DNA of 50,355 nucleotides, filler included, from Catajapyx aquilonaris (lineage: Eukaryota): NCBI GenBank assembly GCA_000934665.2. It is 3 parts of 3 records of this genome, joined end to end, with 100 filler letters (N's around TTAATTAATTAA, not from the genome) between each part and the next. Parts side by side here need not be neighbours in the genome. Positions count along the whole stretch, not along the records: positions 33,529 to 50,355 come from JYFJ02007134.1; 2 more parts are not named here. The stretch is one strand, 5' to 3'. A program made the position numbers and the translations under genes. This document shows positions 39,110-50,355 of the stretch, piece after piece (the stretch's first letter is position 1; each line of letters begins with the position of its first letter). Below the pieces are notes generated by a model. The model was not told the origin of the DNA, ran no database searches, and saw only the letters and a list, made by a program, of their open reading frames with translations.

Positions 39110-39311
39110 GGTGGGGCCAAGGATAGGGACGGAAGGAAGCGGCTGTGGCCTATTTTTACGGAAACGACCCCGGAATTGTCCTGGATGGGGGAACAGTGGG
39201 AAACCGCAGAAAACCACGGTCAGGGTCGCCGCGCCGGCCCCGGCATTCGTACCTATAGGACCTCCCGATTAGCAGGCGGACTCCATATCCACTACACCAA
39301 CCTGCTTCGGT
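39110..39311 (-). mobile_element. tRNA-derived SINE
   Basis: On the minus strand: A box TGGTGTAGTGG, degenerate B box GGTACGAATGC and a GGTTTTCTGCGGTTTCCC body. Confidence 0.7.
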
Positions 39312-39519
39312 TATAAAATATATACTATATAATATTATATAATATATATTAGACAACATATATTATACAGGGTGTTCCTAAATGTATCAACTTTTGAAAG
39401 TTGCTTAATTTCTATTAGTTGCGGTGTGCGTGGGCCTACGGTCTTCTCAGAGTTTCCGTATCTCCTGCGGTTGATGGGCCTTTAGTTTTAATTATTGTAA
39501 GTGTTGAACCTACCTGGAG

Positions 39520-39565
<46 letters not shown>

Positions 39566-39689
39566 TAACAATAACAATAATAATAATAATCGTTAAAAAT
39601 CAACAAAACCCGAGCGATGCACCAATGCCGCAGACGACCGAGTTCCACCAGTCTCTATAACTAGTGGGCCTCCTGCCCGGGTTGCTTCA

Positions 39690-39985
39690 CGTTGTATGAG
39701 GCCCGTCTGGTTCGCCAGCGACGGTACTCTCTTCCTCGAGCGGTCCTCGGACCTGACTCGCATTTCTTGGTTGGACGGGGTGCTTGGGAGAATATCCCAC
39801 CCCCGTCCCTGGGTTGGACCCGGCATTGCAGTACAGCCGGGGCCAGCCCTCCTCTCCCCCACCCTTCTCACCCACCCCTACCTTGCAATCCCACACCTTC
39901 CTCTCCTACCCCCGGCTGCCAAGGCTCGACTCAGACAGAGCCATACAAGCTGGGTAACCCTTCCTACCAACCAACCAACCAACAA
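39690..39985 (+). mobile_element. 5'-truncated non-LTR retroelement 3' end
   Basis: Flanked by a 13-bp TSD CCGGGTTGCTTCA (39677-39689 and 39986-39998) and ends in (CCAA)n. The empty site is visible in the other two repeat copies. Confidence 0.85.
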
Positions 39986-40108
39986 CCGGGTTGCTTCAAT
40001 TCTGCAGGGCAATAATTAGAAAAAATAATAACAACAATAATAACAACAATAATAAATATAATATACAATGTATATTATACAAATATATATGTAATATTGT
40101 ATATAAAT

Positions 40109-40198
40109 ACAGATATGCTGGCCAGGGTGTGTAGAGAATTGGACTATGGTCTTGATGTGTGTCGTGTGACGAAAGGTGCTCATATTGAGCACTTGTAG
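40109..40198 (+). mobile_element. Tc1/mariner transposase C-terminal remnant (inverted copy at about 40328-40418)
   Basis: TDMLARVCRELDYGLDVCRVTKGAHIEHL-stop. A TA|CAGGGTG TIR-like end lies at 39368. Confidence 0.75.
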
Positions 40199-40611
40199 TG
40201 TGTGCAATAAAAACTTCAAAATGTGCTCTTTCGTTCTATGTCTGCCTTGTCATTGCACACCGCAACTAATAGAAAATAAGAACGAAAGAGCCCATTTTGA
40301 AGTTTTTATTGCACACACTACAAGCTGCTACAAGTGCTCAATATGAGCACCTTTCATCACACGACACACATCAAGACCATAGTCCAATTCTCTACACACC
40401 CTGGCCAGCATATCTGTATTTATATATAATATTTATATAATTTACATTGTATATTATATTTATTATTGTTATTATTGTTGTTATTATTTTTCTTATTATT
40501 GGCCTGCAGAATTGAAGCAACCCGGACAGGAGGCCCACTAGTTATAGAGACTGGTGGAACTCGGTCGTCTGCGGCATTGGTGCATCTCTCGGGTTTTGTT
40601 GATTTTTAACG

Positions 40612-40674
<63 letters not shown>

Positions 40675-42944
40675 TCCAGGTAGGTTCAACACTGACAATA
40701 ATTAAAACTAAAGGCCCATCAACCGCAGGAGATACGGAAACTCTGAGAAGACCGTATAGGCCCACGCACACGGATGTATATTATAGCCGATCGCCCTTTT
40801 ATTTCACCATAAATCCTAAACCATACGAGTTTTTATAATGTAGACATATGACATTTGACAAAAGCGCCGTAAGTGGAGTCTAAGTCTGCTTGACAAGAAC
40901 TTTGCTAATTTTTATTCGACCGTAGAACACCGAGAGTGGGTGGATGGGAGGTGGGGGCGGCAGAGTATTTATCTGACGAAATCCTGATCTTAGAATTTGT
41001 AGAAAAACGGAAGCGGCCCATGTCTAACAGTAGCCTATGCAACTGGCCGGAGATCGCGGATTGCGACAATGCGCCATTGAGTGCCGGTCCACAGATAAAA
41101 AGCGCTCTGCAGCCAGGGTAATGCATGTGTATCCTAGTATCCATGTAGGTGATTCCGAGTACGAAAAATAAAAGCAGAACTTGGGGGTGAGAAGAAGCCA
41201 TATAATATGTAAGGGGCTAGTCACCACTCTAGCTACAGTATACAGTACTTGCCTTAGAAACAGGCCTTTGGAATATGGCAGTACTATAACCGACTGATTA
41301 GACTTCCCCCCCCCCCCNAGTGTCGAGATAGCGAACTTTTGAATTAAGCGAAATCAGAGTACTCGAATATATGCCTTTCAGGTCAGAATTGACTTATTTT
41401 AGTTGAGAATTCAGTGAACCTATATAATAAATATTATTGGTAGTGGTGGGACTGACATTTGATAAGAGTGGAGGTCAGACGTTCATATTTTCCGTTTCAT
41501 TTCAATGCCATACACAATATTTTTGATCATCTACAGTGTGACCAGAGAGGAGTCTATGTATTATACATATTGGCAATATCACTCTCGTATAAGTCCAATT
41601 GCCTATATCGGTCTAAATATGTCCTCTTCATATGTGAAGCTCAATAACTCACACAAAAACACAGACTATATAACCAAGAAGCACCCCCCTATCAAATTTT
41701 AAGTCGACCGGTCAATTTGAACGGCCACTGAAATTCGGGCTGCTGGGGGGTACCCTTTGGTCCTGGGACCCGGGCCAACCCCTTCCCACACCCCCCCATC
41801 CTATCAGCCCCTGCATGTGTGTATGTGTGTGTTGCATCCGGGCGGCATGGCACAGAAAAAGCCAAGCCTGCTAATTGAGAGGATGCAAACACAAAAGGCC
41901 GAGGTAGCTGCAATGAAACCTATCAATAAAAAGCCCAGCTTTGTGCGCTAAGGCTGCTGCTGCTGCTGCTGCCGGGGAGGCAAGGGCGGTGGAGGGGGAG
42001 GAACAGGGGGAAGGGGGGTAGAAAAAAAGAGAGATGGGGTAGGGAGAGGGGGTGGGGGGGTATGGTAGATAGGCATCTGCTCAGTGGAGTGCATCACAGG
42101 TTCCTTTGTTTCAAGTGAACAGCGCTGGCGGGACTTTGGTCATGCGATACGCCTATCGCAGCCAACACTTGGACATCGTTTATTCAAAACGTTCGTGTCG
42201 CTCTCTCTTTCTCTCTCTTTTATACTCACTCTATGTTGCATGGTGCGTTTTTTTTTCCAGAGTATATAGGGGGGTGGAGGTGGGGAGAGATGATAGGGGT
42301 GGTTGTGCTCAGCCTCCTGCAAGGACCAGGGGCTTGCAGCATTGGAGAGAGGCAGCCTTACAATCCCCGCCGCGCTTATCGCCTGTTTATACTGCGCTTA
42401 ACCTAACAGTTGGGAATCAAACAATCGCCTCATCGACACACAAGGCCGCGCGATTATTATTACAAATAGCTGCTACTATCGCTTCCAAATCGGCACTGAA
42501 ACCGCCGCGCTACCACACTTCTCCAGCCATCCATCCATCGCCTATTCAGTTCGTCCATTCGTTCATTCATTTATTCACTCATTCATACAGATCGAGCTAT
42601 TGAAGGGAGGCGGTGAATTCATGGCACTGCCGGTATGTGCACCCAAAAGGTATCACAGTCAATGACACGTCTTCAGAAAAAGCCCGTCTCTCACTAAGCT
42701 AAACGCCCTACAGGCCCTATACAGGCCTACGTAATGCGACAGTGAAGCAGGTGAACACCAATATGACGTTTGTGAAGAGTCCAGCAGGGTAAAAAGAATT
42801 ATTTTTAAAAATCATGTCATTCACGTGCAGTGTAATGTTACGTCACGCCTTTACGGAAGAGCTGTCTATAACTAGCAGATATACACTCTAATACTCACAT
42901 GGGGACGTCAATTAATTTGAGGACGTCTCCATGTTAATCTATAT

Positions 42945-43080
42945 AGCGGAAATCCCACCCGAGAAGAAGCCGGAGATGACCCCACTCCGCACGAGATGAA
43001 TGGGGTGAAGACCAGGACTTGGGATCGAACCCGAGACCCTTCCGTCCGGGAGTTACCGTACTAGTGCTACTTCGCCTCCC
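42945..43080 (-). mobile_element. Truncated tRNA-derived SINE, same family as 44885-45225
   Basis: Minus-strand B box GGGTTCGATCC and body GTGCGGAGTGGGGTCATCTCCGGCTTCTTCTCGGGTGG, matching the 44885 copy. Confidence 0.75.
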
Positions 43081-44384
43081 TATAGCCTACTTAACTGATT
43101 TTAAATGATGACTCATTTTTACACGCAATAAACTGTTAAAAGTGAATAAGCTTTTGCTTGCACAAAAACATTACCTGGTAAGCGCAGTAATAATGTTTGC
43201 TAGCGACATCGACAGTTACTGCACCGACAACTTTTACATTAGCAACTTTATGCTATATCCGTCGTTTGGTCCAGTGAGGCTTATGTGCAGATGCACTGCT
43301 TTGGAATAAACATATGCCCTACGCAAACCAAATGGGCTGATGATCGATCCAATTTCCATACGGAGATGTATAGCACATATGCTCCCGGGTGATATGCTTT
43401 ACCGTAAAACAAACTTTTTGTAACAATATTATAACGCGTTTTCTTTCACGATACACTGTCCTGCAGGCATTGCACTTATCCTCTCCGTGCCTCAAATCCT
43501 ATAGTGGTAAGACTGTTTTAAAAAACCAGGGAAAAAACCACGACCAGTCTGCCTACTATACATACAGTCGGCGTTGAAAGTGAGCATTTCAATCAGTGAT
43601 GTGGGCGCGGGCTCAAAGTGGCTAATTACTCGGCTTTTATTAGCCGTGCACATTTCATTTACGCTGTAAATAACACCGAACAATGAACAGATTCAAAATA
43701 AAACGGTTACAACACAATAAAAATTTCATGGTTTGCCCACCATTATCAGCAACTATAAAGTGATAAACTGGCCATTCACACAATAATCCCGCACTGTGCC
43801 AGTAATAAATAGCCACAAACTGCTGTCCTCTCCCCTCCACACCNCCCCAAGTTACATCATCAGGCATTTTGTGGCTGTCACAAAAAAAAAGAGAGGTGAT
43901 GATGCCCTGGAATTTTAGAATCCTGGCATCGTCGCGACGTTTTTACACGGGGGTCCGATTCTCGCGACAGAAATTTTGTCACCGTCAAAAAATAAAATAT
44001 TTTTTCTTTTGGCAAGTCCCTGGACATACGTCTTTCTTCCAGTATTTTTTCAGGCTTGAACAGCAGCGTCAGCAGGTAACTGGCATATCTCAAATCCTAT
44101 TTTAAAAGTGATATAACAGCACTGTGCATAGTACAATACGCTCACCCGATGAAAATACTGATATGGTTGTTACATAACGCGATTCTGTGCCAGATTATTT
44201 CAAGTATAATCTCAGTATATTTCAAACTAAATGGCGGTTTTTGCAATCAAATTCATCTGCTCAGATTATAATTTAATCGACATTAATTGAGCATATATTT
44301 TCAAATCCATATTACTATGTATAGCTGATTTAGACTAACATTTAAACATGATATCCAGTGGGAAAGTAAGTCCGCGCTAATATA

Positions 44385-45324
44385 CAGGGTGGACGGAAAG
44401 TTTCGGACCCCCCCAGGTTTTTGAACTGTACATTTCACAGAATCTGTTCACATCTTTTAAAAGTTCACAAGAAGTTCTAATGTACACTATATTTTGAAGC
44501 ATAATCTTGACAACATGTGAGCACCTTTGCTCCTGCAATTCCATTAATAACCTCGCCTCTGTGACTCATCCATACATCCTATCTGCTTTACGTTTATTTT
44601 GCTTGTTGCCTTGGAGGACCGTGGTCATATTCTGTGGTAGGTAAGGTGACCCTTTTCCATGAGTTCCCCTCCATTAAAATGTGGTGAATTCATTCCTGAC
44701 CTTATTTTTCGTATTGGTCTATAACCTGGTCCAATAAAAAAAATGAAAAGGAATGCATTAAATTGCGGACCCAGATGCATTACTTTCCAATCCTCACATT
44801 GGTACTCACCAGTTTTACTTTAAAAATATTTTCTGGTGCGAAAGGATAGTAGACAGTCCTACCTTGGTAAATTTAATCAACACGGGGGAGATGAAGTGGC
44901 GCCGTGGTAACGCGCGCGCCCACGGATATTAAGGTCCCGGGTTCAATCCCCACCCGGGGTTCCCACCTTTATCCGTGCAGAGTTGGGCCATCTCTGGCTT
45001 CATTTCGGGTGGCAATTTCCGGCAGACTAAGCCACCCGGGGGAGTTCACAAAATGACGATTAGAGACATTTCACTTGCACTTTGCACATCCCCTCCCACC
45101 CACCCTTGGGGCATACTAATTAAGATTCTTCTTAAACTCGCTCCAAAATAAATTCCAAAGGTGGCAACCCACCCCCCCCCCCTAAGGAGTAGTATAACTC
45201 CCCCCGTGGGGTATTTAAAAAAAAATTAATCAACACGACACATTTCCACTTTCAGAATATCTCCTCCAAGGACACACATTAGAATCCAAAATCTGGGGGG
45301 GTCCAAAACTTTCCGTCCACCCTG
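44385..45324. mobile_element. Non-autonomous Tc1/mariner element (MITE)
   Basis: TIRs of about 30 bp (CAGGGTGGACGGAAAGTTTcGGACCCCCCCAG ... CTGGGGGGGTCCAAAACTTTCCGTCCACCCTG) flanked by TA target duplications. Confidence 0.9.
44885..45225 (+). mobile_element. Full-length tRNA-derived SINE nested in the MITE
   Basis: A-box-like TGGCGCCGTGG, B box GGGTTCAATCC, an oligo-A tail, and a 12-bp TSD TTAATCAACACG at 44873-44884 and 45226-45237. Confidence 0.88.
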
Positions 45325-48300
45325 TATATTTCCATGCCTATAAGTGTACTTCGATAGCAAAGTTGCTTTATTTTCAAGTGATCTGACATGAAAACATGTA
45401 ATTTAAGCAGCTGCCGCAATTGATAAAGGGCAACTCCGTATGATCGTCGAGCAAAAAGGAAAAAAAAACACCGTTAACCCTGAATCTGTAAGATGTTTCA
45501 TATCTCTCCCTGGCATCAGCCTACTTGTAGGACTTTAGTATGACGAAATGCGGCGTATAGGTTTGCGGTGCGTGTATACTTGAACGTGGCAAATACGACC
45601 AGCGAGAATAACCCGGAATTTGTTGGCGGGTTAAGAATTCCCAAAAATGAATAAATAAGGCGGAAGGCCGAATCGCATGCAAATGCAGGCCCAGTGCGCC
45701 AAATTATCCTTGCGGCGATTGGGCGGATATGGAAGGTAATGAAGGCAATTTGCAAGTAAGAGGGACTTGAGGGCAGAGAAATGGTTCCCAGTCCCCCCTC
45801 CCCAAAAAAGGCCATCTCTGCCTCCATCTGCTGTGCCACGGATTTTCACTTGCTCTCTAATGGCCCTTATTTTCCTCCCCGCCACCAATTATTTCCTGCC
45901 TAACAATAAATAAACTCCGGCGAACACCCTTCTCAAGAAGTAGCCCCTTACAAGATATCCCCCCACCCCTCACCACCACCACCACCACCCTAGGCTGGAA
46001 ATCAATTGGAAGAAAAGGCTGTCCTGACGCTGATGACATCACGACACCACTTTATATTGAATGTTCATTTGGCATTTTAAAATTTAATTTACATTTTAAC
46101 AAGCAGGTTTTGACGAATACTCAGCACAAATCCAGATCAATTTCCGGTGCTTGTTGCATGCATTTATCACATATTAAATATCCACGCTCCAGTAACCGCA
46201 ATAATGAGCTATTCAGACACATTTCCATGGTAAACCTTCCCCATGATTTCCGTGGCACACCAGCGGCACCACTGTTGTGTGTCTTTCAGTGGTACCCGCC
46301 TGTCTGCCTGCTGATCCTATCCTCTAGCTATCCATCCATCCATCCATCCATCCATCCGTGGATATCCCGCATGGTATAGGCCTTAGACGACCGGGCCGAT
46401 GGTGGATCGAGATAAGAAGCACGCCACTTTCCCATCAGGCCACCTTATCTGCGCGATCTATCCACCGATACCATCTGAGACTACTCCCTTGTTTGGCCCG
46501 GACTTTTCCTCTGCGCCTCCGACCACATCTACGCAACTCCCCCTGCAAAGTCGCCTCACGCAATGCATTTCACAACATGCCCAAGTACTGCCACAGTTCT
46601 ATGAAATAACGCTCCACTGCTGCGATTATCTGCTTAATGCGGCGTTACCTTCATTCGTCAGATGGTCAGATCCAAGAACGGACCTTATACGATGACGGGT
46701 GGGTTGCCTTTGCCCAAGGATGACTCTCAGGAAATGATCCTCCCTTCTTTTTTTTTTTTTTTTTCTTATCTACCCATCTGATTAGCATGGTTGGCTGGTT
46801 TCGTCCCGAGTAAAAGGAGAAGGGTGTCAGGTCACAAGCGATATGTTTTCAACACATAAATTATGTCATGCTCCTTATCAAAATGACGAAAGATGATCGA
46901 GGTTTCCACGTTTCTGCAGCGGTCGAGTAGAACATGAGGATTGCCGGCGTCGATGACACGGGGTGCTAGGGTTACTCGTTGTGTCACCGGGATGCCCTCA
47001 GGAACACAGCTCTTAAGCGTAGTCTTGACTTACAGGCACTGACGTCATATAGTCAGGAATGAAACTAACAAGGCTCCTGATATCAGTGAAAACTGCGATA
47101 TCGCAAGTGGAACGGCCCAATAGCGACAATGGCTTTATCTGCGATACATCTGAAAATGTGCGGAATTTACGATAAGACAAGTAACAAAATTCCGTGCTTC
47201 ATAACTGATTTTGCTTAATACATTTTAATATCCGACAACCACCTATATATCAGGGCTAATCAGAAAACATTGAGTCAAGAAAAAGTAATATTTTGAACAA
47301 TTTGTCCACATTATTTTACAAGATTACGAGGTAAACACCACGTGGCTGCCTGGAAGATCACGTTCAGTCTAGCACAACATGTGCTCGTGCCCGATAAAAC
47401 TCCGGGTTGTCTCCAGCCGTACACAAACGATGACAGAGTGCCCCAGGAACACTACAACTACTCGGCCAAACTTTCGACCCCACCGCCCGCCCACCCACCC
47501 ATGGAGAAGAGGGGAATAAGCAGGGAGGGGAAGATGGAAATGGGAAAAGTTGTGAGGCATCTACGACTTGAGCCATCCACTCTCAAAGGGCAAAAATGCT
47601 TTTAATTGGGTTGCCTGCACCACCTTAATTAAGGGAGTCTCGATGAAGATGGATCAACTGGGTGGGGGTTGAGAGGGGGTGCGCTTAACTCCCCATCGCT
47701 GCCGAGTCGAGCGAAAACTCGCGCTAATGTTTCGCACAAGAGCTGCTAATTGTCTAATTACATCGGCCTGCCCACCTTTTCTTTCTCTCAGTATAGTGCT
47801 TCTAACGTTTCTTGCCACTTTTCGACCGGCAACCCTGCCTGGTAAATGGGATTGGTGCTACGAGCCTGCCTTGACCAATCGGGCTGAAAGCATTCAAGGT
47901 TAGCTACCAGCCACTAAAGTACGGAGGATCTGAGATGTAGGCCTATCGATATTAGCCTACACGAGAAATGAATGTGAGCCTCGTACATAAGTTTATCTGC
48001 GGTCAGTTATTCACAAATTAACATTTTACATGACTCTTTAGGAACAGAAATAGCGAACTGGTAAGACTAATTGTACACTGGGTGCATAGCTAGAAATTTG
48101 AACTTATTTGGTATAATTTCGCTAAAAAATGCCCATTACATCGATATGAGAGCCGGTTGTAATCTACACATTTTAAAAATTAGGGGAAATTATACATAAT
48201 TCGACATTATCACCCCTCGAGCATATGTTCCATATGTAATTCCAAATTGCGCGATGGCTTGTATGATACCATACGATTTACGAATACCAAATGTTTGTTG

Positions 48301-50355
48301 GGGGAAGAACAGCATATCTTCAAAATTTTCCTACTGTCCCCAGAAACAAATTGGCTTCTTTGTTCACCACCCCACCAAAGGACAATATCAAAGGATTGTA
48401 GGCCCTACTATTACTTACAATACGTGGCCAAATGGCATATCAATCTGTAAAACCAATTAAACTATCCCAATGCAAACTGTAACGCCCCATCCCCTTATGT
48501 GGTTGGAAATCCACCAGGCCCCCCTTGCCCCCAATTGTCCAGAGTCCCCCCAGGCAAGGTACTAGGCAATAGGCGTCGATAAGACGGTGAAATAACATTG
48601 TATTGCATTGTATTGTTACCAATGCTTACAAATGTAACGGAGTGTGAAGCCCCTCACTGAGCAGTAGAGGCAGTGAGGTTAAACTAAATAAATAAATTAA
48701 TTAATTAATTAAATAAATAAATAAATTTGACATAATAATTTCTTAATTTATATTCATATAACTGGCCCTAAATATCAAACATTTTAGCACCATCTGCATT
48801 TGGCGCTTCCAGATGGCGCGGACACCTCCCTGTAAAAACTGTCAGAGCCATCTCGACTCCCCAAACGCAACCTCCACACACATGGCCCAAAGATGCTATT
48901 TTTCATCCTCTCGGACAGAAACACTGTCGCTAGAGCGTACCGAGATGGCATTTTCCTATCGGCGACGCACAGCACCATTACTGCCCCCCACCCACCCACC
49001 CCTTCGCGGCTGATCTTCGATCCAAGCTCGAAGAAGACCTTCGCCTCCCGAGCTGCCCATCCAGATTACACGCAGGCAAGCCTATAGTCCGGCCGATCAC
49101 CTATCGCCAAGGGCAATGACTTGCTCTTATCTATCTCCACACAGCTACAGTAGTATATATAGGATCATAAGCTGTACACCCCCACCCCCACCTCCACTCA
49201 CCACCCTTTCGTCCACAGTAGTACATAGTACCTCTTCCGTTCCCTATACATGTCGGCAGCAATGCTTGCGCTCTTTTCGTAGCATCGCTTACACAGCGCC
49301 TTCCTTATCGGGCCCAGCACTCTTATGTTTGTGATGATCCAGCCAGAGTTTGACCGTCAGGGGGGGTTAGGTAGATAAGCCGGTGCATATCGCATCTGTT
49401 GCGAACAACGGAAGACAAGGCGAGCATCCCGTCTACCGTAAGCAAATCTGGCGTCTAATCCTGATTGCCAGCTGAGCACCATACATGGTAATGATGTGGC
49501 GTCGTCTAATGCTCTTAGTTAGTGATAAACGAATGCCCAGCATGCCATAGCGCTTGCGTGATTTCATGACGCGATATTTTTATGTTTTCCACTGTGAACG
49601 CCCTGCGATTTCAGTGTGTGGTCCTCATTAAGATTGCAGTCAAGCAGTGCCTTCATATTCCGATCTGCGTCGGTGAAGCTCTTTGTAGCACTCTCAAGAT
49701 CATCATAGAAAAAAGCTGATATTTTTTACTTCTGTCAAAAGTAATGTCAAGACTTCCACAGTGTGTGACAAATGACACAGGCACGTCGGTAACATGCCTA
49801 ATAACCCACATTCCTGGGTTTACTAATGTAACTAAATTGTATAAAAACCAGTGTCACAGATTTTATGGTATAATCGGCAGAATAAGCAGGAGTATAATAA
49901 GGAAGCGTCTGTGTTGCATTGAACTATACGGCCGGTAGCATAGGTAATTGCAAAGGCCCGAAAAAGTACAAGCTGATCGACTTTTCAATGGATCGGACTT
50001 TCAATTGTCGATTGTTTTCCAGTCCGCAACCCATTTCGTGCTAATTTTCTATATCGGTGCACACCGCAATAACAGTGATATAGGCGTCTAACTTTATGCC
50101 GCTGTCGTAACTTGACTCTGGACCAGCATGACTCACGACAACTAATGAGCAGCGAGCCCATGATAATAAGCATCCGATGTATAACGTATGCACTGTCCTA
50201 AGCCAAAAAGTAAAAACAGTATACGGCACCTGCAATATGTACAGTACAGCAATGAGGGAATGGGGAACTAGCCTTGGTCTGGGATTTGGGATTTTTGTTC
50301 ATAACTAGCTAGCCCATGCCCGTAAACATACATTCCATCACTCTGTTGCATCAAA

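Larger units (their letters stand above)
39426..40771. repeat. Long inverted repeat (foldback) with (AAT)n tracts
   Basis: Left arm 39426-39689 plus 39986-40236 is the reverse complement of right arm 40279-40771. A third, direct partial copy lies at about 38783-38960. Confidence 0.9.

Noticed and set aside
39436..39648. Poly-Tyr ORFs (also 40554-40838 and 38767-38976)
   Set aside because: They are translations of (TAT)n microsatellites within the foldback repeat.

Overview
Eukaryotic (animal, most likely arthropod) genomic DNA made of three contigs joined by artificial 100-nt spacers (44 N + TTAATTAATTAA + 44 N at 16670-16769 and 33429-33528), so adjacency across the spacers is not evidence of linkage. 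Contig 1 (1-16669) is a compact block of five intron-containing genes that can each be spliced by hand into an uninterrupted ORF: EXOSC10/Rrp6 (+), Hsp60 (-) head-to-head with Hsp10 (+) around an HSE-bearing bidirectional promoter, MRPL20 (-), and a CCDC50-like gene (+) that has a GC-AG intron and a polybasic + CaaX tail. Contig 2 (16770-33428) has no intact gene. It is a dense patchwork of about 20 short (roughly 130-800 bp) coding fragments from many transposon superfamilies (Gypsy, CACTA/EnSpm, Harbinger, MULE, P, piggyBac, hAT, Kolobok/YqaJ, Crypton-like, MADF). Almost all read on the minus strand, several are in scrambled order, and some keep their introns. This is the most interesting signal in the window: a candidate unistrand piRNA-cluster-like archive of mainly DNA transposons, or a giant capture-type (Pack-CACTA-like) element. 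Contig 3 (33529-50355) is non-coding, with tRNA-derived SINEs, a Tc1/mariner MITE holding a nested SINE, a 1.35-kb foldback interrupted by a truncated LINE, microsatellites and short hairpins. Family assignments come from recognising motifs by eye, not from database searches, and fragment boundaries are approximate.
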